Positions 17,288 through 24,380 of a stretch of DNA of 32,000 nt are shown piece after piece. The stretch is taken from contig CP149973.1 in NCBI GenBank assembly GCA_029269845.2, positions 1,950,001-1,982,000 of the forward strand, in the 5' to 3' direction. The notes under the pieces are model-generated. The model made no database searches. It was not told the origin of the DNA and was given only the letters and a program-made list of their open reading frames with translations. The stretch is from Opitutia bacterium KCR 482 (GTDB lineage Bacteria > Verrucomicrobiota > Verrucomicrobiia > Opitutales > Intestinicryptomonadaceae). The translations under genes and the position numbers were made by a program. Numbering within the stretch: the first letter of the stretch is position 1; the number at the start of each line of letters is the position of its first letter.

Positions 17288-18571
17288 ATGCAAAATATAA
17301 AAAATAAGTTGTCGTGCTCGGCGGCCGCCGCGGCATGTTTTTCAATCGCGGCGTTCGCGGAGGCGTCCGCAGAACCCCTCCCGTTCGGAAATTTCGGCTT
17401 GGACCAGCTTTCCGAATGCGTCTCGAAATTGCAGTCCGACGTGAAAAACGAAACGGGCTTCAAGCCCTTCTTCGACTACTACGCCGTTCTGCTCACAAAC
17501 CCCTACGGCGGGGCGGAGCAGGGCACCAACTACACCCACGAAATGATTTACGGCATCACCGGAGACCTCGAAAAAGTCGTCGGCTGGAAAGGCGCAACGC
17601 TCGTGGTTTCGGGGGCGTACAATGCGGGCGGAAATCTGTCGAACACGATAGGAAATTTCTTCACGGTCTCGGAGTCGTCGGTGGTTGACGGCGGCATGTT
17701 CTTCGAACTCTATCTGGCGCAGAAAATCGACTTGGCAAACGGCGATTCCGCAACCGTGCGTCTTGGCAGAATCGCGATGGCGGACAGCTTCAACTCGCTC
17801 CCGATTTTCGGCAGCCTCGTAAGCGGCGCGTTCGACTCTACGCCGGCGTCGATGTTCGGCAACAGCCCGTTCACCTCGTCGCCCGTCGCAACTTGGGGCG
17901 CGAGCGTCAAGTACGAAACCGTCGAAAACCTGAGCCTCTGCGCGGGGATTTATCAAATTCCGCAAAACGTGCAGTCTACGACGTGGAGCGGAACCGACTG
18001 GCGCATACAGTCGGACGACGGCTATATGGCGATGTTCCAAATTGCGTGGAACCCGACATTCTGCGCGGAGTCGGACGGCTCAGGCGGACTTTCGGGAACA
18101 TACCAAATCGGCGCATGGTTCTTCGGCGGCTTCGACATGCCGTACCTCGACGGCAGCACTGGTTCGCGCGGCAACGGCTACGGATTCTACGCGCACGGCC
18201 AGCAGCAAATTTGGGCCGAAAGGGATAATCCGAATAAGTACGTTTCGGTTTTCGCGGGCGCGCAGGTCGCGCCGGTAAATTCGATTTCGACAATGCCGCT
18301 AATGCTCTACGGGGGCTTCCAGTTGCAGGGCTTCGTTCCGAAAAGGGAAAACGACGGCTTGTGCGTCGCCTTCGCAAACGGGTGGTTCAGCTACGAACTT
18401 AATAAAGTTCAGGAGGCGACATACGAAAACATGATAGAAATAACATACGTCATGCAATTAAACGAAAATGTATCAATACAGCCAGATTTTCAGTATATAA
18501 TGAGACCCTATGGCAATAGCGGAATCGACGATGCCCTCGTGGTCGGCGGACAACTGATAGTGTCGTTTTAG
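17288..18571 (+). CDS. Carbohydrate-selective porin, OprB family
   Basis: Signal peptide ...AAACFSIAAFAEASAEP. The segments FKPFFDYYAVLLTNPYGGAEQGTNYTHEMIYGITGDLEKVVGWKGATLVVSG and ...QPDFQYIMRPYGN... match the OprB-family pattern. The protein ends in Phe. Confidence 0.8.
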   Translation: MQNIKNKLSCSAAAAACFSIAAFAEASAEPLPFGNFGLDQLSECVSKLQSDVKNETGFKPFFDYYAVLLTNPYGGAEQGTNYTHEMIYGITGDLEKVVGWKGATLVVSGAYNAGGNLSNTIGNFFTVSESSVVDGGMFFELYLAQKIDLANGDSATVRLGRIAMADSFNSLPIFGSLVSGAFDSTPASMFGNSPFTSSPVATWGASVKYETVENLSLCAGIYQIPQNVQSTTWSGTDWRIQSDDGYMAMFQIAWNPTFCAESDGSGGLSGTYQIGAWFFGGFDMPYLDGSTGSRGNGYGFYAHGQQQIWAERDNPNKYVSVFAGAQVAPVNSISTMPLMLYGGFQLQGFVPKRENDGLCVAFANGWFSYELNKVQEATYENMIEITYVMQLNENVSIQPDFQYIMRPYGNSGIDDALVVGGQLIVSF

Positions 18572-18686
18572 CCAGACGGGGGCTGAAAAAGCCCCGCAAC
18601 GAAAGAAGGACACAAACGGATTATAATAACAGAAAGACATTTAAGAGGGCGAGACTGGGAGATGAAAAATTTTTTTAAATTTCGCA

Positions 18687-18714
18687 TTGACAAGCCCTCT
18701 CTAAAATGTATGTT
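18687..18714 (+). promoter_or_regulatory. Possible sigma70-like promoter for tRNA-Asp
   Basis: TTGACA (18687-18692), 16 nt spacer, TATGTT (18709-18714). The predicted start site is ~18 nt upstream of the mature tRNA 5' end. Confidence 0.35.
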
Positions 18715-18739
18715 AAAGGGCATAATATTTTAAACCACT

Positions 18740-18816
18740 GGGGTGGTAGTTCAGTTGGTTAGAACGCCTGCCTGTCACGCAGGAGGTCGCGAGTTCGAGT
18801 CTCGTCCATCCCGCCA
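18740..18816 (+). tRNA. tRNA-Asp (anticodon GTC), CCA encoded
   Basis: GGGGTGG TA GTTC AGTTGGTTA GAAC G CCTGC CTGTCAC GCAGG AGGTC GCGAG TTCGAGT CTCGT CCATCCC G CCA. The cloverleaf folds cleanly and is near-identical in layout to E. coli tRNA-Asp. Confidence 0.95.
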
Positions 18817-18827
18817 CTTTAAAGAAT

Positions 18828-18870
18828 AAAAAAGGCTGATTTGCAGTAAGTTGCGAGTCAGCCTTTTTTT
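18828..18870 (+). terminator. Strong rho-independent terminator downstream of tRNA-Asp
   Basis: An 11-bp stem (18834-18844 pairing with 18853-18863, including two G.U pairs), an 8-nt loop, then T7 (18864-18870), preceded by an A-run. Confidence 0.6.
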
Positions 18871-18880
18871 GTGGCTTTCC

Positions 18881-18912
18881 ATAGCCAAATTTCAACTTGT
18901 TGATAGCCAGAT
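18881..18912 (+). repeat. Two 10-mer direct repeats in the attL arm (possible integrase arm-type or accessory-factor sites)
   Basis: atagccaaat (18881-18890) and atagccagat (18903-18912), 9/10 identical, 22-bp periodicity. A further caactg...caactg pair lies ~50 nt downstream. Confidence 0.3.
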
Positions 18913-19058
18913 TAAAACAATAACCAATTTCCAATAAAACGACAACTGCACGGCAACTGAGTCTGCGCCGAACAAAGTGGCGACACCATTGAACTGCCCC
19001 TTTTGCAGGCAACAGAAAGCCCTTTGCGAGAATCACAAAGGACTTGAGTTCGGAATGT

Positions 19059-20237
19059 TTATTGGGCGTTTACAGTTTCTGGTTTTACATAGTCCGACGG
19101 ATAAATGTTAAAGTATTTCACCGCGTCGTCATGCTTTGCGACGCCCAAATAGTGCTCGAATAAAATATCCGTATGCCTGTGCGATATTATGAGCGCGGTG
19201 TCGGTAAAGTTCCTGTGAAGCGCGACGTGATAGCTCACAAAGCTGTGTCTAAATGCGTTGTGCGGCGGAAACTTTACCTTGTCCGCCAATCCTTTTTTTA
19301 CGTCTTCTGCACTCACTAAAAGTCCTGCCCTGGGATACGCCAATTCTCTGCGTCTTTTAAACTTTCTTTCGCACATTGTAAATGCGCTCGGAGGTGTTCG
19401 TTCCAGCCAAGCCCAAAGGTTGTCTGGAAGATTTTCGATAAACTGGCGGCGGTTCTTCTTTGTCTTTCCCGCAGGCGTTTCTATTCCGCGTTCCTTGAAG
19501 TTGATTTCTTCATACGCCACGCGGGTTATGGCGGAACTTCTCATTCCTGCGAATAGCCCCAACGCCATAAGTCCGCAAATTTCTGGGTCGTAGTTTTCGT
19601 TTGCCCGAAGCAGTTGTTCTACCTCTTCCACTTTCAATATCCCGATTTCACCGCGAACTATGCGCTCTACGGGCAGCTTCACGGCGACATTCTTGCTCAG
19701 CCATTCCCTGTCGTCGAAATACGACCACGCCGCGCGGATTATGTCTTTGTAGTTTGTTTTCGTCTGCCCGCTATATGGCAGTTTGTTTATCCAAGCTACG
19801 AGTTCCTTTCGCGATATGTGGTCCAAGAAAACGTCGCCGAAAGTTTCGCAAAACATTTCGAGAATGCGTCTAACCCTCACGATATGGCTTCTGGGGCGTT
19901 CGGCGTCTTTCAATGCGAATATGTAGCTATTGCAGGCGTCGAACGTCGTGATGAGTTCCCTCGTCTTATGGTTTTCTACCCAGAAATGCCAGATGTCACG
20001 AAATGTTATGTCGTCGCCTTTTGCGGCTTTTATTTGGGCGACTTCGCTAATTTCGGACTTCGTCATTTTAAGCAGGGCTTCAAATTGATACTCCTCCAAG
20101 AAGTCGTATGTTTTGATAAATTCTTCGCGGGCATCGTATGTCTCGAAGAATCTTGCCAATCTTTGTCCGTTTACTCGCCAAGCTACCTTGAACGGAGCTT
20201 TGCGACCTTCACAGTATGATTTTGTAATATGTGCCAT
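19059..20237 (-). CDS. int: Tyrosine site-specific recombinase (phage integrase family)
   Basis: 392 aa. Catalytic signature: Arg in LFAGMRSSAI, H-x-x-R in HNAFRHSFVSYH, His in ISHRHTD and Tyr in LFEHYLG. The gene is adjacent to a tRNA gene. Confidence 0.92.
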   Translation of the reverse strand: MAHITKSYCEGRKAPFKVAWRVNGQRLARFFETYDAREEFIKTYDFLEEYQFEALLKMTKSEISEVAQIKAAKGDDITFRDIWHFWVENHKTRELITTFDACNSYIFALKDAERPRSHIVRVRRILEMFCETFGDVFLDHISRKELVAWINKLPYSGQTKTNYKDIIRAAWSYFDDREWLSKNVAVKLPVERIVRGEIGILKVEEVEQLLRANENYDPEICGLMALGLFAGMRSSAITRVAYEEINFKERGIETPAGKTKKNRRQFIENLPDNLWAWLERTPPSAFTMCERKFKRRRELAYPRAGLLVSAEDVKKGLADKVKFPPHNAFRHSFVSYHVALHRNFTDTALIISHRHTDILFEHYLGVAKHDDAVKYFNIYPSDYVKPETVNAQ

Positions 20238-20246
20238 AGTTCTTAT

Positions 20247-20275
20247 ATTATAAAACTATTTGTTGATATTTACAA
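20247..20275 (-). promoter_or_regulatory. Near-consensus sigma70-like promoter directly upstream of int (predicts an almost leaderless int mRNA)
   Basis: On the minus strand: TTGTAA (complement 20270-20275), 17 nt spacer, TATAAT (complement 20247-20252). The int ATG is at complement(20235..20237), only 9 nt past the -10 hexamer. Confidence 0.45.
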
Positions 20276-20291
20276 GATTATTATAAACAAT

Positions 20292-21347
20292 CTATTGCAA
20301 AATTCCGTCAAAAATCTGGGAGCAAATGCGCGTTGATTTATATTCGCGGGCGGTGATTGGAAAATTTGCCGAAATAACGCCTTCTTTGCAACTAAACGCC
20401 GATTCTGGGAATCCGAAAAAATCCCTGAATTTAGCATTCAAGCGGCTTGTGTATCGCGGCAGATTCCTTGTGTCGTATCCGAGCAAATCCTTTCGCAACG
20501 CGCACGCGCAAACGACCTTCCAGCTGAAACTGACTTCGCTTGTATCGTTGCTTTTGAAAATCGAAATATCCGCATAATGCGCCCTGAGCGACTTTGCGCC
20601 GTAGGCAATTTTTATTTCAGACGGAGAAACTAAATCCATACTAAGCGCGCCAAGCGTCAAATTTGCGGGTGTCGGCAAGTTTGTTCCCTGCCAAGAATAA
20701 AATGCCGTATTGTTTGACCGTTTCGTTCTTGCGGAATGCTGGCGGAACTTACCGCTGTCTTTGAATCCGTCCACGCCGAAATCTATTACCGATTCCAATG
20801 CTACGGTTCTTCCGCGATTTTCGGCGATGAACATTTCCGTTTCGCGGTCGACTTCATCAAAATAAATCACGACTGGGACTTCTCCGTTCAAAACGGACTT
20901 TGTATATTCAATGAACTTCGGCTTCGAGAAATAGAAAAACACTTTCCCCGCCGACGAATTGCCGAGATAAAATCCGTCGCAATCGTATCCACTGAATTTC
21001 CCAAGACTTTTCCCAAGCTGCGAAACATCGTCCGAAATTCCCAGAATCCGCGAGATATGACGCGCGAACGCCGTTTTATTGAACGACACTCGCAATGCGC
21101 CGGTTGCGGACATTTCAAAATAGTCGCCAAACTCGTTTACTGCAACATATCCACTTTGACATTGCGAAACATTGTAGCAAGTTTCACCAATGAAGATTTC
21201 AGAAACGCACTCTCCGTTTGGCGAATATTGCAACGCGCCGACTTTCTCCAAGGACCGTTTCTTCTTTTCGCCAAGCAGTTCGCGCCACTGTAAATTACAA
21301 AGAGGGAGATTTCGCGCCGTTTGCCACCAATATTTCAAGTTCTTCAT
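20292..21347 (-). CDS. Hypothetical protein B (351 aa), second gene of the int-proximal pair; no recognisable domain
   Basis: ATG start at complement(21345..21347), overlapping the end of gene A by 53 nt in another frame. An alternative in-frame TTG at ~21251 would remove the overlap. Composition is protein-like (MKNLKYWWQTARNL...GEVPVVIYFDEVDRETEMFIAENRG...). I found no Walker, HTH, nuclease or TM motif. Confidence 0.7.
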   Translation of the reverse strand: MKNLKYWWQTARNLPLCNLQWRELLGEKKKRSLEKVGALQYSPNGECVSEIFIGETCYNVSQCQSGYVAVNEFGDYFEMSATGALRVSFNKTAFARHISRILGISDDVSQLGKSLGKFSGYDCDGFYLGNSSAGKVFFYFSKPKFIEYTKSVLNGEVPVVIYFDEVDRETEMFIAENRGRTVALESVIDFGVDGFKDSGKFRQHSARTKRSNNTAFYSWQGTNLPTPANLTLGALSMDLVSPSEIKIAYGAKSLRAHYADISIFKSNDTSEVSFSWKVVCACALRKDLLGYDTRNLPRYTSRLNAKFRDFFGFPESAFSCKEGVISANFPITAREYKSTRICSQIFDGILQ

Positions 21348-22458
21348 AAGACATATCCCTTATTAACCCTTTACTTACGAAAAATCTTTCGACGAGTTCT
21401 TCGTCGCAACCTGTCTGAATTTTCGAGCGATACGCATTTGAAATTGTCGCCCTGTATTTCCTGTCAGACCCAATAAACGTGAATTCAAACGTAGCCGAAA
21501 CAATTTCCGAATCGTCGCGTTCCATCGTATCGAAAAACGCGAAGTTCACAAACCCGCTATACGAAAGCCTACATCCGTCTTTGAGTTCTGTATACGCGGC
21601 AACCCTTACCGTTTTTATTTCCGCCGCAAATTCGCCGAGAGCCAATACATCGTAGGATTTCAATTTGCGGAGATTGTATTTGCCGTTAAGAACATACATC
21701 ACTCCGCCGCCCAAGACTTCCGCGAACAGGCTATTGTAGACTTCAGAAAGACGTTTGCTTGTGTAGCGGGTATAAATGGAAAGTTCCCCCGTTTGGTAAT
21801 CGAGGCGCAAAATGTCCATATTCTGCGGATGATAGCGGACAAGCGATTCTTCGTCGCAATCGTTTACGGCGTTTTCGACCCTGATATTTGCTGCATGAAA
21901 TATGCAGTAGTAGGCGAATCTTCCAATCTTATGCGAATGGATTTCCACAAAAGAAAGCCCCGTGTTTGTCTTGAAATACCCGCACAAGAGCATTCGCAAA
22001 CGCTCTACTTGAAAGCCATCAAGCGGCGGCGTTTTTTGAAACTTCGTGGGGCGAAAACTTATATAGTAGTGGGCTTCCTGCGCTGTTTTCAGTGATTCTA
22101 TAATTTGACAATGCCTGTATGTTTTGTCGGCACAAACAAGCTTGAACGCCAACTCATACAAATTGTCGTTCGGGTTTACAGCTACGCCCAATTCGCGCAA
22201 ATGATTCTCCACAAATTCGCGAAGCTCGGGCTTTGCGATAGTATGCAAATGGTATAACTTTTCCCCAATGTCGGCTGGGCAGTTGTCGTAAAGATACTTT
22301 GCAAGCTTGGAATAGTCAAAGCAGGTTTTACCGTGTTCTTCGTTCCAGATTTCAAACTTTTGCAGGGAATCTTTGAGAGAAACGAACAGTAGTTCGTTAT
22401 TTGCAGTCCCCAGCTTCCTCAAAAGCGTGGGCGCAATAAAAGACTTTAATGTAGCCAT
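21295..22458 (-). CDS. Hypothetical protein A (387 aa), first gene of the int-proximal pair; no recognisable domain
   Basis: ATG at complement(22456..22458) with gaaagg 13 nt upstream. Composition is protein-like (MATLKSFIAPTLLRKLGTANNELLFVSLKD...HSHKIGRFAYYCIFHAANIRVENAV...). I do not recognise the family. Confidence 0.75.
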   Translation of the reverse strand: MATLKSFIAPTLLRKLGTANNELLFVSLKDSLQKFEIWNEEHGKTCFDYSKLAKYLYDNCPADIGEKLYHLHTIAKPELREFVENHLRELGVAVNPNDNLYELAFKLVCADKTYRHCQIIESLKTAQEAHYYISFRPTKFQKTPPLDGFQVERLRMLLCGYFKTNTGLSFVEIHSHKIGRFAYYCIFHAANIRVENAVNDCDEESLVRYHPQNMDILRLDYQTGELSIYTRYTSKRLSEVYNSLFAEVLGGGVMYVLNGKYNLRKLKSYDVLALGEFAAEIKTVRVAAYTELKDGCRLSYSGFVNFAFFDTMERDDSEIVSATFEFTFIGSDRKYRATISNAYRSKIQTGCDEELVERFFVSKGLIRDMSYEELEILVANGAKSPSL

Positions 22459-22823
22459 TTTTCATAAGACCTTTCAGTTAATTTTGTAATGTGAGTGGCA
22501 CGAGACCGTGCGTTGTTCTGCTTCGTTGTACTGAATATACCTCGGAACGAAAAAGGAGGTGGTCCTTGCGCCTCGCGGCGCACACACTCTAATCGGCTGA
22601 AAAATGTCCGACAGAGTGGGCAAAGGGTTTCCCCGATTGCCGACATAATCCAAAGGAAGAAAAATCTGTTCCTTTCGATGGTCGCGATTAGGGGATTTTT
22701 TTAGAGCGATTGCAAGAAGTTTTTTCGAAAAATTTATGTCGCTTGTTCGCAAATCAATACACCGCCTTGCTTGGGGAGAAATTCGGGCTTCGATAGGACA
22801 CACCAACCCGAGATTTTTAGCGG

Positions 22824-22854
22824 ATTACACTGTTTTTATTTTTATATTACACTG
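22824..22854. promoter_or_regulatory. Two identical 9-mers ATTACACTG, 22 bp apart, in the divergent control region (operator and/or promoter elements)
   Basis: attacactg at 22824-22832 and 22846-22854, separated by an A/T-only spacer. On the minus strand each copy contains TGTAAT (5/6 match to a -10 hexamer), and TTGTTA lies 16 nt upstream of the first. On the plus strand they read TTACAC-N17-TACACT. Confidence 0.4.
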
Positions 22855-23005
22855 GTTGTTAGAAAGATAACAATAGGACAAAAGTCGGGATATGACTGTC
22901 AGCTTCCATAGTGTGCGATTGCGGTTCTACACAAAAACAAGAACTTCGCGTTTTACCGAAAATCCCAAAATCCGCAAACGCTGACGGGAAACGCACCGAG
23001 AAAAA

Positions 23006-23422
23006 ATGGAAGTAAAACCCGACATCAATTTGGACGAAAGAGTTTCGCGTTTGGAGGATATTATCCGCACGCAAAACGACCTTCTAATCCAGTTGATTGA
23101 GCGTGTCGGTGACACGTTCGCAAAGCAGGCGTTTTCTGTTGAAGAACTTATGGTTAGGTGGGGCTATGAAAAAAGCAGCGTCTACAAAATCATAAACGAA
23201 CACAACCTTACTCTGCTTCGCGGCGCGAACGGCAAGCCGAGAAAACCGATTGCCGTTTTGCGGGCGTCGGTTCTCGATTACGAAAACGGCAGAACGCTTC
23301 AGCCAAAGAACAGGCGCAAGCCGAAACCGATTCCTAATTGGGCGGAACGCCCGTGTTTGCCAAAGCCCGAAATCAAATCCGTTTTTATCGGCAAAGGAGT
23401 TCGACTTGGAGAAATCAGATGA
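23006..23422 (+). CDS. Excisionase/MerR-like helix-turn-helix DNA-binding protein; first gene of the rightward operon (Xis- or Cro-like role possible)
   Basis: 138 aa. An N-terminal coiled-coil-like segment is followed by FSVEELMVRWGYEKSSVYKIINEHNLTLLRG...IAVLRASVLDYE (HTH_17/excisionase-type pattern). The stop overlaps the next ATG (ATGA at 23419-23422). Confidence 0.65.
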   Translation: MEVKPDINLDERVSRLEDIIRTQNDLLIQLIERVGDTFAKQAFSVEELMVRWGYEKSSVYKIINEHNLTLLRGANGKPRKPIAVLRASVLDYENGRTLQPKNRRKPKPIPNWAERPCLPKPEIKSVFIGKGVRLGEIR

Positions 23423-24369
23423 AACATAACTCATTCAAAAAAGCGAATAAAAGCGCGGTTTATCTTAAACTCGCAATTACGGGCCCGAGCGGCTCGGGCA
23501 AAACCACCGCCGCATTGCGCCTTGCGCGCGGACTCGTAGGAGACAACGGCAGAATTGCCGTAATAGATACGGAGAATTCTTCGTCGTTATTGTATGCCGA
23601 TACGTTCGACTTCGACGTATGCGTTGTCGAGCCGCCCTATACCGAAGACAAATTCATAACGGCCATCACCGATGCCGTTGAAAACAAGTATGACTGCGTT
23701 ATCATAGATTCGTTTTCGCACGTTTGGCAGGCTATTTTGGATTACAAAAGCAAGCTCGATATGCGCGGCGGAAATTCCTACACAAACTGGGCGGCGGCAG
23801 GCGGAAAATTTGAAAGCATTTTGCAGGCTGTGCTTTCGTCGAAACTCCACATCATATGCTGTATGCGCTCGAAGATGGACTACGCAATAGACATCGACGA
23901 AAAAGGCAAAAAGTCCATACGTAAAGTCGGGCTTGCCCCAATTATGCGCGACGGAATCGAGTTCGAGTTCTCGCTCGTGTTCGATTTGGATATGAATCAC
24001 AAAGCGGTAGCGTCAAAGGACAGAACGCGAATGTTCGACGGCAATATTTCGGAAATAACCGAAGAAACGGGCAAAATGCTCAACTCTTGGAGGTTTGGGA
24101 ACGCGAAAAATACCGCCCTGCCCGAAGCGGTTGCGGTAGCCGAAAATTCCGACGACGAAATCCCTATGTCGTTTTCTTCCGAGTTGGAATCCGTAATAGG
24201 CACACATTCGCAGGAAGCTAACTTTGCCCTGCGCTCTTGGGGCTGGATTCAACCCGACGAAACATGGAAGAACCTGCGTCCCGACCAAGTCTCGCAAATA
24301 CTGAAAAGACCAAACGAATTTGTGGCAAAAGCCATTGAAGCATTCGAAAGCACACAATCTGAAAAATAG
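23419..24369 (+). CDS. Sak4-like / AAA_24-family RecA-fold ATPase (phage recombination module)
   Basis: Start MKHNSFKK... is at ATG 23419 (the track begins at 23338). Walker A is LAITGPSGSGKTTAALRLA and Walker B is YDCVIIDSFSHVW. The segment CCMRSKMDYAIDIDEKGKKSIRKVGLAPIMRDGIEFEFSLVFDLD is typical of the family. Confidence 0.85.
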   Translation: MKHNSFKKANKSAVYLKLAITGPSGSGKTTAALRLARGLVGDNGRIAVIDTENSSSLLYADTFDFDVCVVEPPYTEDKFITAITDAVENKYDCVIIDSFSHVWQAILDYKSKLDMRGGNSYTNWAAAGGKFESILQAVLSSKLHIICCMRSKMDYAIDIDEKGKKSIRKVGLAPIMRDGIEFEFSLVFDLDMNHKAVASKDRTRMFDGNISEITEETGKMLNSWRFGNAKNTALPEAVAVAENSDDEIPMSFSSELESVIGTHSQEANFALRSWGWIQPDETWKNLRPDQVSQILKRPNEFVAKAIEAFESTQSEK

Positions 24370-24380
24370 GAGAAAATATT

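Noticed and set aside
79-18040. Many long ORFs in the track within the host part (e.g. 79..654-, 966..1700-, 4782..6359-, 8666..10135-, 10433..11719+, 14530..15441-, 15311..16294-, 17342..18040-).
   Set aside because: They are Arg/Ala/Pro/Gly-rich shadow frames, antisense or out of frame to genes with clear family signatures (wecE, ARH, lptD, TPR, mpl, mutL, beta-helix, porin). This is the expected artefact of ~60% GC DNA.
18579-18595. A GC hairpin (ggggc-tgaaaaa-gcccc) right after the porin stop, considered as a terminator.
   Set aside because: No U-tract follows it, so I did not call it an intrinsic terminator. It may still stabilise the 3' end.
18713-19036. A 107-aa minus-strand ORF.
   Set aside because: It runs straight through tRNA-Asp and its terminator, which makes it spurious.
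22446-22806. Short minus-strand ORFs in the leader of gene A: 66 aa (ATG start, contains CPLC) and 110 aa (TTG start, ends 13 nt before the ATG of A). Also the 69-aa plus-strand ORF at 22495..22704.
   Set aside because: They have no credible RBS, an Arg/Pro/Ser/Cys-rich non-protein-like composition, and mutually overlapping frames. I treat the region as non-coding. The 66-aa CxxC ORF cannot be formally excluded without conservation or ribosome-profiling data.
20292-22860. The idea that the structured leader plus genes A/B is a retron or another RT-based system.
   Set aside because: Neither protein shows reverse-transcriptase motifs (no YxDD/YADD box or RT finger/palm pattern). I also saw no inverted-repeat-flanked msr/msd-like arrangement.
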